64,000 bases of DNA from Alistipes sp. (GTDB lineage: Bacteria; Bacteroidota; Bacteroidia; Bacteroidales; Rikenellaceae), in the NCBI GenBank assembly GCA_045612405.1, contig JAZKYX010000029.1:36621-100620 (forward strand). The letters are read 5' to 3'. The position numbers and the translations under genes are program-made. The first letter of the stretch is position 1, and the number at the start of each line of letters is the position of its first letter. Below are positions 27,315 to 36,516 of the stretch, piece by piece. The notes beneath the pieces are model-generated. The model searched no databases, had not been told where the DNA came from, and saw only the letters and a program-made list of their open reading frames with translations.

Positions 27315-28283
27315 CTACTCGGTGGCATCAAGCCTGAACCAAAGATATGGGGCCAAACGCTTAGCCTCATCCTCGGATAATATTTCATCTTCGACCATCT
27401 CTTCGATTCTACTCCAACCTCCTTTCAATTGTCTTTGCTTAATAATCTTCCTTAAAGCAGTGCGTGACACATAAGGATGCCTACCAACCGCTTTAGCGGT
27501 CGCAAAGTTAATATCTATTTTTGATATTTTGCAACTATCACAACAAATTTGTTGCAAAATTTTCTCATAATTTTGCTCTGTGATGCATTTTAACTCCGAA
27601 ATTTGCTCTACGGAGTGGTATCCGCCCAGCAAATCGCGGTATTTCACTATCTCGGCTGCACTTTTTGCTCCTATACCATACACTCCAACAAGCGAAGCCG
27701 AATCCGCACTGTTAATTTCAAGTAGTTCCTTTTGGCGATTCTTTTTATTGTATTTTGTAGAGTCACTACTATTCTCTTCACTATTCCGCCTTGACCTCGA
27801 CGAGTCCTGCCACTTATCACCTCGCGATGAACACTCTTTTGCATATTCCGCCACCTTATGTTCTCCTGACTTATCAGACCTATAACGACTAACATTAGCA
27901 TATAAATCTGTCTTTGGCTTTGGGCGCAAAGAGTCCGAAATCACAATATATGGTTCCAAGCAAAGATAAAGAGAGTCGGTCATTGCACTGACTAATGCCA
28001 AATCCTCCTTGATGCGATAGACCTTACCATAACTGCGCCAGCGAATAATACCCACCGCCACATCGGCAGGAACTCCTGCTCCTCTCAACTTATCATAAGA
28101 GTCCTCATTGGGATTAAACATCCCCAACGGCAAACTATCACACCTTTCCTCCGGCTCAACAACATCGAGTAGCAGTCGAGGCTTTTTCGCAAGTTCAATA
28201 CCCACAGCCAACACCACCAACAGCACAGCTATTGGCAACAGAATTAAAAATCCTCGGTATTGCTGGTCGGTAAATAGTTTCAT
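27315..28283 (-). CDS. ComEA-like helix-hairpin-helix domain protein
   Basis: N-terminal TM; EINSADSASLVGVYGIGAKSAAEIVKYRDLLGGY; IDINFAT; start uncertain (ATG 28283). Confidence 0.8.
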   Translation of the reverse strand: MKLFTDQQYRGFLILLPIAVLLVVLAVGIELAKKPRLLLDVVEPEERCDSLPLGMFNPNEDSYDKLRGAGVPADVAVGIIRWRSYGKVYRIKEDLALVSAMTDSLYLCLEPYIVISDSLRPKPKTDLYANVSRYRSDKSGEHKVAEYAKECSSRGDKWQDSSRSRRNSEENSSDSTKYNKKNRQKELLEINSADSASLVGVYGIGAKSAAEIVKYRDLLGGYHSVEQISELKCITEQNYEKILQQICCDSCKISKIDINFATAKAVGRHPYVSRTALRKIIKQRQLKGGWSRIEEMVEDEILSEDEAKRLAPYLWFRLDATE

Positions 28284-28290
28284 ACAAGGC

Positions 28291-30144
28291 CTACCACTCT
28301 GCCCTCGACGAGAGCCATAGTTTTCTATATCGGCGCGATGGCGAGTCAATCTTTTCACCCAGGCCATACTCCGCCCAACGCTCATCGACCTGGCGAATGG
28401 TCTCTACCGACGACATCACCACATTGGGGAAGCGCTTGGGGTTATCGCCCACACCAGGATGCTTACTGCGTGCATCGAGCAATAACTCTCCGCCCGACAA
28501 GAACGTCACATCACGACGCGGATCGCTATTAGCCATCGCCAGCCACAACAAATCGCTTGGCTTCATCGACATTGCCGCCTGATAATCAAACAAGGCGACG
28601 TATTTCATTCCCTCTATATTATTGCTTCTCAGATAGAGTTCAACATCCACCTCCACAGGGCGCTGCTCATCGGCAAAGAGCAACAACAAGCCACACTCCT
28701 CGACAAAACGCGTATCAAACAGACTCACACCACCCATTGGCTCGGCCTGACGTGGCTCCGCAATCGCCTCTACCGCCTCATCGGGGTTTACATCGGTCAA
28801 ATCAATCGCCAACTTACCTCCAAAGCCACACGTTGCCGTAGCGTGATCCAGAACATCGAGCACACCCTCGGAACGGATAACCGTTTTGCTCAAATCGGCT
28901 CTTCGCATAAGTTTTGCCAACTCCGCAAAGGAACGGATGTTCACAGCTGACGATGCCACTACCATATATTTATTAAACATCATCTGTCCAGCTCCCCACA
29001 ACGACTGCGCCACCTTGTTGGACTGTCCACAGTAACGCTTATCGATAGAAACAACGGCCAAATTATGAGCCGTACCCTCCACTGGCATCCACAAATCATT
29101 CACCTCGGGCTGTACCGCCAGACGAATCGGTGCCAAGAATATTCGCTCAGTAGCCTCGGCAATATAAGCATCCTCCTGAGGCGGCACACCAACCACCGTA
29201 GCGGGATAGATTGCACCCTTGCGATGAGTAATACAAGTGACGTGGAAACGAGGATAGAAATCCTTCAACGAATAGAAACCCGTATGGTCGCCGAAATCTC
29301 CCTCTACGACCTTTGGCTCCTGAGGGTCAACATAGCCCTCGATAACAAAATCACAATCCTCAGGAATGCGTATATCACACGTCAAAGCCTTGACCAATTT
29401 CACCGGCTTTTGGCGCAGAAAACCCGCCAACAAATACTCATCCATATTATCGGGCATAGGAGCCGTAGCCGAATAGGTATAGACCGGATCACCTCCCAGA
29501 GTCACCACAACAGGCATCCTCTTACCCTGACGCTTGTAGCCATCATAATGGCGCGCACCCGTTTTGTGAATATGCCAGTGCATTCCCGTAGTACGCTTGT
29601 CGAAGCGTTGCATACGATACATTCCCACATTAGGGATTCCCGTTTCAGGGTCCAGGGTATGCACCATTGGCAGTGTCACAAAAGCGCCACCATCCGACTC
29701 CCACGAATGAAGCATTGGCAGGCGCTCCAAATCCACATCTTCACCCTGCCACACCACCTGCTGACACTCGCCTCTACCCGACACCTTCTTGGGAAACCAT
29801 TTCGCCACATCGGCCAGCAAAGGCAACATCTTCATTTTATCCCACATCGTAACTTTGGGGCTCAATGCATCACCCAGCAGAGCCTCAATACGCTTGCCGA
29901 TATCCTCCAACTTCTCGACACCCAAAGCCATCGCCATACGACGCTTTGAGCCCATCATATTGGTCACAACAGGAAACTCTGTGCCCGTATTCTCAAAGAA
30001 CAAAGCCTTGCCTCCGCCTTCACTCTTTGCCATACGGTCAGTAATCTCGGCTATCTCGAAGCGTGTTGATACAGACGTTTTAACCCTTATCAGCTCACCC
30101 TCTTGCTCCAAACGAGCTATGTATTCTTGCAGATTTTTATACAT
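28291..30144 (-). CDS. UbiD family decarboxylase (menaquinone biosynthesis decarboxylase-like)
   Basis: NVGMYRMQ, EGYV, EGDFGDHTGFY, VVGVPPQED motifs; 617 aa long form. Confidence 0.88.
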   Translation of the reverse strand: MYKNLQEYIARLEQEGELIRVKTSVSTRFEIAEITDRMAKSEGGGKALFFENTGTEFPVVTNMMGSKRRMAMALGVEKLEDIGKRIEALLGDALSPKVTMWDKMKMLPLLADVAKWFPKKVSGRGECQQVVWQGEDVDLERLPMLHSWESDGGAFVTLPMVHTLDPETGIPNVGMYRMQRFDKRTTGMHWHIHKTGARHYDGYKRQGKRMPVVVTLGGDPVYTYSATAPMPDNMDEYLLAGFLRQKPVKLVKALTCDIRIPEDCDFVIEGYVDPQEPKVVEGDFGDHTGFYSLKDFYPRFHVTCITHRKGAIYPATVVGVPPQEDAYIAEATERIFLAPIRLAVQPEVNDLWMPVEGTAHNLAVVSIDKRYCGQSNKVAQSLWGAGQMMFNKYMVVASSAVNIRSFAELAKLMRRADLSKTVIRSEGVLDVLDHATATCGFGGKLAIDLTDVNPDEAVEAIAEPRQAEPMGGVSLFDTRFVEECGLLLLFADEQRPVEVDVELYLRSNNIEGMKYVALFDYQAAMSMKPSDLLWLAMANSDPRRDVTFLSGGELLLDARSKHPGVGDNPKRFPNVVMSSVETIRQVDERWAEYGLGEKIDSPSRRYRKLWLSSRAEW

Positions 30145-30145
30145 A

Positions 30146-31450
30146 TTATTTTAATGGTGAATAAGGCACCTTATATTTATCATCAAGTGTTAGAATCTTA
30201 TTTTCACGCATTGCTCTATCGGCCAACAGAGCAAACTGAGTTGCATAGTATGACTCCTCCAACACCTTCTCGGGCTGTTTGCCCGTAACCACGGAATGAA
30301 GGAACGCCTCCAACAACTCCTTCGAGCCATCAGCCTCGGCACCCACCGAACTCTCGCCCGATACTACCTTCACATTCTGCATAATCGGCCTACCAGGTGC
30401 AAGCGTAGCCGATTCGGCTGCCCACGACGTGCCAGCAAAGACCGAATTACTCATCACGCCCTGCTCAATCTGCTCGATTAGTTGCTCGATACCACTGCCC
30501 TTTGGTGCGGGCTCATCGGTATAATGGAGAGCTGTAACCAAATCAATCGTACCCTTGGTGCCGAGAATCTGTTCACCCATACCAAAATGCTTATTCGAGA
30601 TAATCGATTCAAAAGTCATATTCACACCATTTGGATAGGTAAAAATAGCACTCACGCTATCATATACATCGCGCTCATCCTCCTTAGTCCAATGTAGCAA
30701 ACTACCAGCACCCATCACCTGAGAAGGCAACTGACCCATAGCCCACGAGCCGTTCTGCAACTGGTGGCACGCCAACTCGGTCATCAGGCCACGCGAATAC
30801 TCGCTATACAATCGCCAGTTTATATGACGCTCCAACTCGGGAGAGGGGACCTCGCGACGCCAATTATTGTTGCGATACCAATAGTTTCTCACACCAACGA
30901 CATCGCCTATCACGCCCTCGTGAATCATCTGCATAGCCTTCACATATTTGGGATCAAACAGACGCTGCTGACCAATAAAGAGCACTCCATTGAGCTCCTT
31001 GCGACGATTATAGACTTCAAGAGCTTCGTCCATCGTATAGGCCATCGACTTCTCGCAAAAGACCCTCTTACCAGCCTCCAATGCCGCGATAGTCATCGGA
31101 GCGTGGAGATACAGAGGTGTGGCGATAATCACACCCTGAACGTCACCATTCTCCAACAAACGGCGATAGTCATCATAGAGTTTCGCCTCGGGATAATACT
31201 GTGCAGCATCCTCCAAATGAGGGCGATAGTTATCACACAAAGCCACAACCTCCGCCTGAGGCATCTGCACAAGGTGTTTAATGTGGAACAAGCCGCGCGA
31301 GCCGGTACCTATGATACCTATACGTACCTTCTCGCCCTGCACCTCCCGCTTCGACTTCTCGCTACACGACTCCAACCACGGGAAGAGCGAGAGTGTCACT
31401 CCCGCCAAACCCATCTTACCACAATCGGACAAAAACTCTTTTCTGTTCAT
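30146..31450 (-). CDS. Gfo/Idh/MocA family oxidoreductase with Tat-like signal
   Basis: MNRKEFL signal; GIIGTGSRG, ATPLYLHA, EK motif, ELACHQL; ATG at 31450. Confidence 0.9.
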   Translation of the reverse strand: MNRKEFLSDCGKMGLAGVTLSLFPWLESCSEKSKREVQGEKVRIGIIGTGSRGLFHIKHLVQMPQAEVVALCDNYRPHLEDAAQYYPEAKLYDDYRRLLENGDVQGVIIATPLYLHAPMTIAALEAGKRVFCEKSMAYTMDEALEVYNRRKELNGVLFIGQQRLFDPKYVKAMQMIHEGVIGDVVGVRNYWYRNNNWRREVPSPELERHINWRLYSEYSRGLMTELACHQLQNGSWAMGQLPSQVMGAGSLLHWTKEDERDVYDSVSAIFTYPNGVNMTFESIISNKHFGMGEQILGTKGTIDLVTALHYTDEPAPKGSGIEQLIEQIEQGVMSNSVFAGTSWAAESATLAPGRPIMQNVKVVSGESSVGAEADGSKELLEAFLHSVVTGKQPEKVLEESYYATQFALLADRAMRENKILTLDDKYKVPYSPLK

Positions 31451-31463
31451 TTTATTTGTGTTA

Positions 31464-32321
31464 CTATATTTTTCTACACTCTGCAACACCAGACTTCGAA
31501 CATAAAATCTCGGTAGCCGAGTAACCTTCAAATTGTTTTAGTATAGCCTCTCGCTCGGAACTTGGGGCTGCGTATAAAGCTGTGGAGAGAATCTCGGCAA
31601 CCAACGCCGAACGACCCTCGACCAAGATTAACTCATCCTGCGCCACTCGCGCTCCCGTATGAGGATTCACGATATGATACTCACCCGAAGGCGCACGCCC
31701 CGACACCGATATTGCCGAGTCGCAAAGGTGCACCTCACAAGCCATCTCGCCACGTCGCTCAGGATTCTCGACGCCTACCTGCCACCACTCGCCATAGGGA
31801 TGATGACCTATGGAGGCAATCGAGCTATTGCCAAAATTAACCAATCCCGACTCTACCCCATTCTGGCGAGCCAGCTTAATGACCTGCTCCAAGGCAAAGC
31901 CTTTGGCAAAACCGCCCATATCGAGCAAGGTGTGGTGATTAATAAACTTAACGCTATGAGTTGCTGGCTCCAAGCTATATGGCTTTGCCATCAGCGATGA
32001 TGGCGCCACCGAGAAATATCCCTTTGTGGCCACACGAAACACCTCACATAGTTCCAGTGCCATATACAACTCATCATCCACACCAACACTCTCGGCCGCT
32101 GCACGAGAATTGAGCATCGACAATGGACTACGCATATCGAAGCGATTGAAGCGTCGCTCCATATCCTTTGTTACGCGATGAATTTCATCAGCCAACGCCT
32201 CTCCCGACTTCTCCGCCAAACCCACAAAGAGCATCTCGATGCGGGTATGCATAGCATCAAACCTACACGATGAGATTGGATGCTTGGGATTGTGGTTGCT
32301 GAAACGAAACTGCATCGTCAC
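31464..32321 (-). CDS. apbE: FAD:protein FMN transferase (ApbE family)
   Basis: AMHT, SPLSMLN, LDMGGFAKGFA, GNSSI, HIVNPHTG, AEILSTALY. Confidence 0.85.
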   Translation of the reverse strand: MTMQFRFSNHNPKHPISSCRFDAMHTRIEMLFVGLAEKSGEALADEIHRVTKDMERRFNRFDMRSPLSMLNSRAAAESVGVDDELYMALELCEVFRVATKGYFSVAPSSLMAKPYSLEPATHSVKFINHHTLLDMGGFAKGFALEQVIKLARQNGVESGLVNFGNSSIASIGHHPYGEWWQVGVENPERRGEMACEVHLCDSAISVSGRAPSGEYHIVNPHTGARVAQDELILVEGRSALVAEILSTALYAAPSSEREAILKQFEGYSATEILCSKSGVAECRKI

Positions 32322-32557
32322 TACTTTTTACCAAATACGCGACTCAACACCCACCAGGCTACGCGTACCAATGCCACCAGAAAATAGATTACCAGCGACA
32401 ACATCACCACATAGCCAATCTGCGTAAACGCCTCATACCAAGGCGCAGAGAATCTCACAATTGAGATCCAATTAGTCACATTGGCAATAACAAAACATAC
32501 GAGCCATACAATCAACTCACGACGCTTGGCGTGAGCTGTAATTATGCTATCCTTCAT
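32321..32557 (-). CDS. Small two-TM hypothetical membrane protein
   Basis: 78 aa, two hydrophobic helices; ATG/stop overlap with apbE. Confidence 0.75.
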   Translation of the reverse strand: MKDSIITAHAKRRELIVWLVCFVIANVTNWISIVRFSAPWYEAFTQIGYVVMLSLVIYFLVALVRVAWWVLSRVFGKK

Positions 32558-32568
32558 ATTTTAGTGGA

Positions 32569-33882
32569 TTATAACTCCCTGATTTTGAGATTACGGAAGT
32601 GCACCTCATCGAAATGATCCTGCAACAAAATATGGCCACCGTCACCACCAGCAAAATTCTTAACATCGGCAAACTTACTATGCGACACCAATGTCTGCCA
32701 CATCTGACCACCCTTCTCATATGAGAGAATCTTCACTCCGTTGAGCCAATGCTCGACCTTATTACCCTGAACCACGATGCGAGCTGTGTTCCAGCCATAA
32801 TGGTCGGCGTGCTTCCAGCCCTGAGCCGGGATGATGTCATAGAGCGAGCCCAAGCGGCGATTACCCTTGAAGCCCATCTTGGCATCGGGGTGGTTCTCAT
32901 CATCCAAAAGCTGGAACTCGCATCCGATGCTACCATTCTCTGAGATGAAATATTTGATTCCGCTATTAGCACCCTTTGTAATCTTGAAGTCAATCGAAAG
33001 TTCAAAATTGCGATACTTCTTTTCTGTGATGATATCGCCTGCGCCAGACTGTGGCTTAATTACCAATATGCCATCTGTTGGAGTCCAACCCTTGGTCATA
33101 TCATTCTTAGGATCAAGACTCTTCCAGCCCGACATATCCTCACCATTCCACAACAGAGCCCAACCCTGAGCCTGCTCGCGCTTTGACAGGTGATTAGCCA
33201 CATAGTTACGCTGAGGAATCTCGCTAATCTCAGGCAACTGTTCGCGCTCCAAATCCGCAGTCTTAATAAAGATGTTACGCCAACGAATCTCACGACCCAC
33301 CATCGCCTTGTTGGCGCCAATCTCGTGGACCTGCAAAGCGATAAAGCCCTTGGCATCGGCATCGTCAAGCATATCAACCGTAGGTTTACCATTGAGCCAA
33401 ACTCTGATGTGGCTACCAACAGCCTCAACTCTTATCTTGTTCCACTCACCCTCGCGGTAGTCGCGTTGAATCTGAGGCTCGTTGTAGAGCCAACCTCGAC
33501 GCTGCTCATCATAAATTGAAGCGGTAGTTGTAGGTGAATCAATCTCGCACTGATATCCGTAAACCACACCATCACGATAGTCCTCGTCGGAGTGACTACG
33601 CAACTGCACGCCAGAATTCACACCATCATCGGCCTTGAACTCGTACTCCAAAATAAAGTCGCTATACTCGGCCTTGGTAGCCAAGAATGTATTGGGCTGA
33701 CCTGCGGTGCAAATGCCCACCAACTCACCTTTATCGACCTTATACTGAGCCTTGCCGCCCAACTTGGTCCAACCATTAAGGTTACGACCATTGAAGAGTG
33801 CAGTCCAGCCCTCTCTCTCCTGCGCTCGTGGCGCACATATCACACATACGGTAAATACCGTCAACAAAAACAACCTCTTCAT
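32569..33882 (-). CDS. Tandem DUF1080 (3-keto-disaccharide hydrolase family) protein
   Basis: Signal peptide; two repeats of LFNG..L.GW / NSG(V/I) / GYQCEI or CEFQL / WN..RI / G.I.LQ.H / RN..I. Confidence 0.92.
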   Translation of the reverse strand: MKRLFLLTVFTVCVICAPRAQEREGWTALFNGRNLNGWTKLGGKAQYKVDKGELVGICTAGQPNTFLATKAEYSDFILEYEFKADDGVNSGVQLRSHSDEDYRDGVVYGYQCEIDSPTTTASIYDEQRRGWLYNEPQIQRDYREGEWNKIRVEAVGSHIRVWLNGKPTVDMLDDADAKGFIALQVHEIGANKAMVGREIRWRNIFIKTADLEREQLPEISEIPQRNYVANHLSKREQAQGWALLWNGEDMSGWKSLDPKNDMTKGWTPTDGILVIKPQSGAGDIITEKKYRNFELSIDFKITKGANSGIKYFISENGSIGCEFQLLDDENHPDAKMGFKGNRRLGSLYDIIPAQGWKHADHYGWNTARIVVQGNKVEHWLNGVKILSYEKGGQMWQTLVSHSKFADVKNFAGGDGGHILLQDHFDEVHFRNLKIREL

Positions 33883-33914
33883 ATTCTTTTGGATTATTTA
33901 TATTCAAATAAAAA

Positions 33915-34877
33915 TTACAACTTAATATCGTAGATCTGGATCACGCCCTGCAACGCTCCCTCGTCAGAAGTCACAAGCAACGAATTGACCTTATGTGCAG
34001 TCATCATCTTCTCGGCCTCAACGAGTTTTGCATTTACGTTGATTGACTTTGGCGAACGGGTCGCAATATCAATGGCACGAATGTTAAAGAACTCAGCCTG
34101 ACGACTCTCCATAGCGCGTCGAACATCGCCATCGGTCACAATACCCTCAATCTTATTGCCATCCATAATCACAATAAGACCCAAGCCACCACGGCTCATC
34201 TTGTGAATCATCTCGGTAGCCGTACAATCGGGAGCGACAATAGGCAACTCACTCTTACGCATCACATTGCCCACAGTCATCAGCAATCTACGACCCAGGC
34301 TACCACCTGGATGGAAACGTGCAAAATCCAGCGCAGTGAACTCCCTGGCCTTCATCAGAGCCACAGCCAACGCATCACCCATAGCAATCTGGGCAGTTGT
34401 CGATGTGGTAGGAGCCAAGCGAAGGATACAAGCCTCCTCCTTAACACTCACATCGAGGTGGATATTAGAATTTTTGACAAGCGTCGATTCCTTGTTACCC
34501 GTCATAGAAATCAGGGTGTTGCCGTTAGAGTGGATAAATGGTACAATCTTCAACACCTCATCGGTTTCGCCCGAGAACGAGAGTGCGAGAATCACATCCT
34601 CCTTGGAAATCATACCCAAATCGCCGTGGAATGCCTCGCCGGGATGGAGATAGAAACTTGGAGTTCCAGTACTTGCCAATGTTGCCGCAATCTTACGGCC
34701 CACCAAGCCCGACTTACCCATTCCTGTGACAATGAGTTTGCCTGTGCTCTCCAAAATACGGTTCACAGCAGCGACAAACTGTTCGCCTATTCCGTTTGAC
34801 ATTACCTCCAACGCCTCGGCTTCGATACGAAGCGTGCGCTGAGCCAACTCTATGATTTGTTGTGATGTAAAATTCAT
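33915..34877 (-). CDS. kdsD: Arabinose-5-phosphate isomerase (KpsF/GutQ) with CBS domains
   Basis: GMGKSG, HPGEAFHGDLG, APTTST, HPGGSLG; CBS pair. Confidence 0.95.
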   Translation of the reverse strand: MNFTSQQIIELAQRTLRIEAEALEVMSNGIGEQFVAAVNRILESTGKLIVTGMGKSGLVGRKIAATLASTGTPSFYLHPGEAFHGDLGMISKEDVILALSFSGETDEVLKIVPFIHSNGNTLISMTGNKESTLVKNSNIHLDVSVKEEACILRLAPTTSTTAQIAMGDALAVALMKAREFTALDFARFHPGGSLGRRLLMTVGNVMRKSELPIVAPDCTATEMIHKMSRGGLGLIVIMDGNKIEGIVTDGDVRRAMESRQAEFFNIRAIDIATRSPKSINVNAKLVEAEKMMTAHKVNSLLVTSDEGALQGVIQIYDIKL

Positions 34878-34905
34878 CTTTTAAGTTTTAAGGTTATGAT
34901 TAGGA

Positions 34906-35655
34906 TTAAATCAAGCTCGCAACAACAGCCTCCAACTGATCCAAATAGAGCATATTAGCCGCATCGCTCATACCCTTGTCTGGATCGGGATGAACCTCAA
35001 AGAAGAAGCCATTTGCTCCAAACGCCTTGGCCGCCTGAGCCATAGCTGGCACAAACTCGCGGTTACCGCCCGTCTTACCACCAGCCGCACCTGGACGCTG
35101 CACGCTATGAGTACAATCCATCACCACAGTCGATGCAATCTTCTTCATATCGGGGATATTGCGGAAATCTACCACCAAATTGTTGTAGCCATACATATTG
35201 CCGCGCTCGGTAAGCCATACCTCCTGGGCACCCGACTTAACAGCCTTCTCGTAAGGGTAAATCATATCCTCACCCGAGAGGAACTGCGCCTTCTTGATGT
35301 TTACAATCTTGCCTGTTTTAGCCGCTGCTACCAACAAATCGGTCTGACGGCACAAGAAAGCAGGAATCTGCACCACGTCGATAACCTCGCCCGCTGGGGC
35401 TGCCTGCCACGCCTCGTGAATGTCGGTGCAGAGCTTCAAACCCCACTTTGACTTCACATCAGAAAGCATCTGCAAACCTTTATCCAAACCCACGCCACGA
35501 TACGACGTGAGAGATGTACGGTTAGCCTTATCGAACGAAGCTTTGAAGATAATATCAACACCCAAACGAGAGTTAATCTCTACCAATTTTGCCGCTACGC
35601 AGTCAAGCAACTCAGCCGACTCAATCACGCAGGGACCTGCAACAAATTTATTCAT
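34906..35655 (-). CDS. kdsA: KDO8P synthase
   Basis: AGPCVIES, KASFDKANRTS, QIPAFLCRQT, NIKKAQF, DCTHSVQ. Confidence 0.97.
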   Translation of the reverse strand: MNKFVAGPCVIESAELLDCVAAKLVEINSRLGVDIIFKASFDKANRTSLTSYRGVGLDKGLQMLSDVKSKWGLKLCTDIHEAWQAAPAGEVIDVVQIPAFLCRQTDLLVAAAKTGKIVNIKKAQFLSGEDMIYPYEKAVKSGAQEVWLTERGNMYGYNNLVVDFRNIPDMKKIASTVVMDCTHSVQRPGAAGGKTGGNREFVPAMAQAAKAFGANGFFFEVHPDPDKGMSDAANMLYLDQLEAVVASLI

Positions 35656-35737
35656 AGTTTTAAGATTTTATTTCAATACTGTTTAGATTGCTATTTCAAT
35701 ATTTTTCAAAAACAAAAACTTAATTTTGAATCTTGAA

Positions 35738-36502
35738 TTATGAATTTTGAATCAAAAACTGCTCAGCACGCTCCAAATCCTCGGGAGTATCGACGCCAAC
35801 AGTCTCCACATCGGTAATACCGACGCCAATCTTATAACCATTCTCCAACCAACGAAGCTGCTCCAAAGACTCAGCCTTTTCGAGCGTAGATTGAGGCAAC
35901 GACGTCACCTCACTCAACGCCTTGCGACGGAAGGCATACATACCAATATGCTTGTAGAAGGTATGGCTTGACAACCACTCCTGTTCATCCACTCCGCGCA
36001 AGTATGGGATTACCGAACGTGAGAAATAGATTGCTCGCGACTGATTGTCTAGGACCACCTTGGGCGAGTTGGGATTCTGCAACGCCGCAAGACCATCCTC
36101 AGGAACAAATGGCTTCACAAGGGTCGCGATGTCGGTTGCCTCGTCATTGAAGCACTCCATAATGGAGCGAAGTTGCGACTCAGCAATGAAAGGCTCATCA
36201 CCCTGAACATTGATTACCACATCGTACTCCTCGCCCTGTTTCAAGTAGGCCTCCCAGCAACGGTCGGTACCACTCTTGTGGTCAGGCGAAGTCATAACAA
36301 CTTTTCCACCAAAAGCCTCAACAGCCGCATATATACGCTCATCATCTGTGGCTACAACTGCATTTGAGATAACCGAGGTAACTCGCTCATAGACACGCTC
36401 AATAACGGGCTTACCTCCCAACTGTGCCAGCGGCTTACCAGGAAAGCGCGTCGAGGCATAGCGGGCAGGGATAATAGCAATGAATTTCAACTCCTTAGCC
36501 AT
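35738..36502 (-). CDS. kdsB: CMP-KDO synthetase
   Basis: IPARYASTRFPGKPL, SGTDR, NVQGDEP, LEQLRWLENG. Confidence 0.97.
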   Translation of the reverse strand: MAKELKFIAIIPARYASTRFPGKPLAQLGGKPVIERVYERVTSVISNAVVATDDERIYAAVEAFGGKVVMTSPDHKSGTDRCWEAYLKQGEEYDVVINVQGDEPFIAESQLRSIMECFNDEATDIATLVKPFVPEDGLAALQNPNSPKVVLDNQSRAIYFSRSVIPYLRGVDEQEWLSSHTFYKHIGMYAFRRKALSEVTSLPQSTLEKAESLEQLRWLENGYKIGVGITDVETVGVDTPEDLERAEQFLIQNS

Positions 36503-36516
36503 TGTGATATAATATT

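Noticed and set aside
29065-29949. Long antisense ORFs in the track (e.g. 29065..29949, 30764..31516, 46564..47220, 13852..14484, 34203..34799)
   Set aside because: They lie opposite well-supported genes, have no recognisable motifs, and are expected shadows of biased codon usage.
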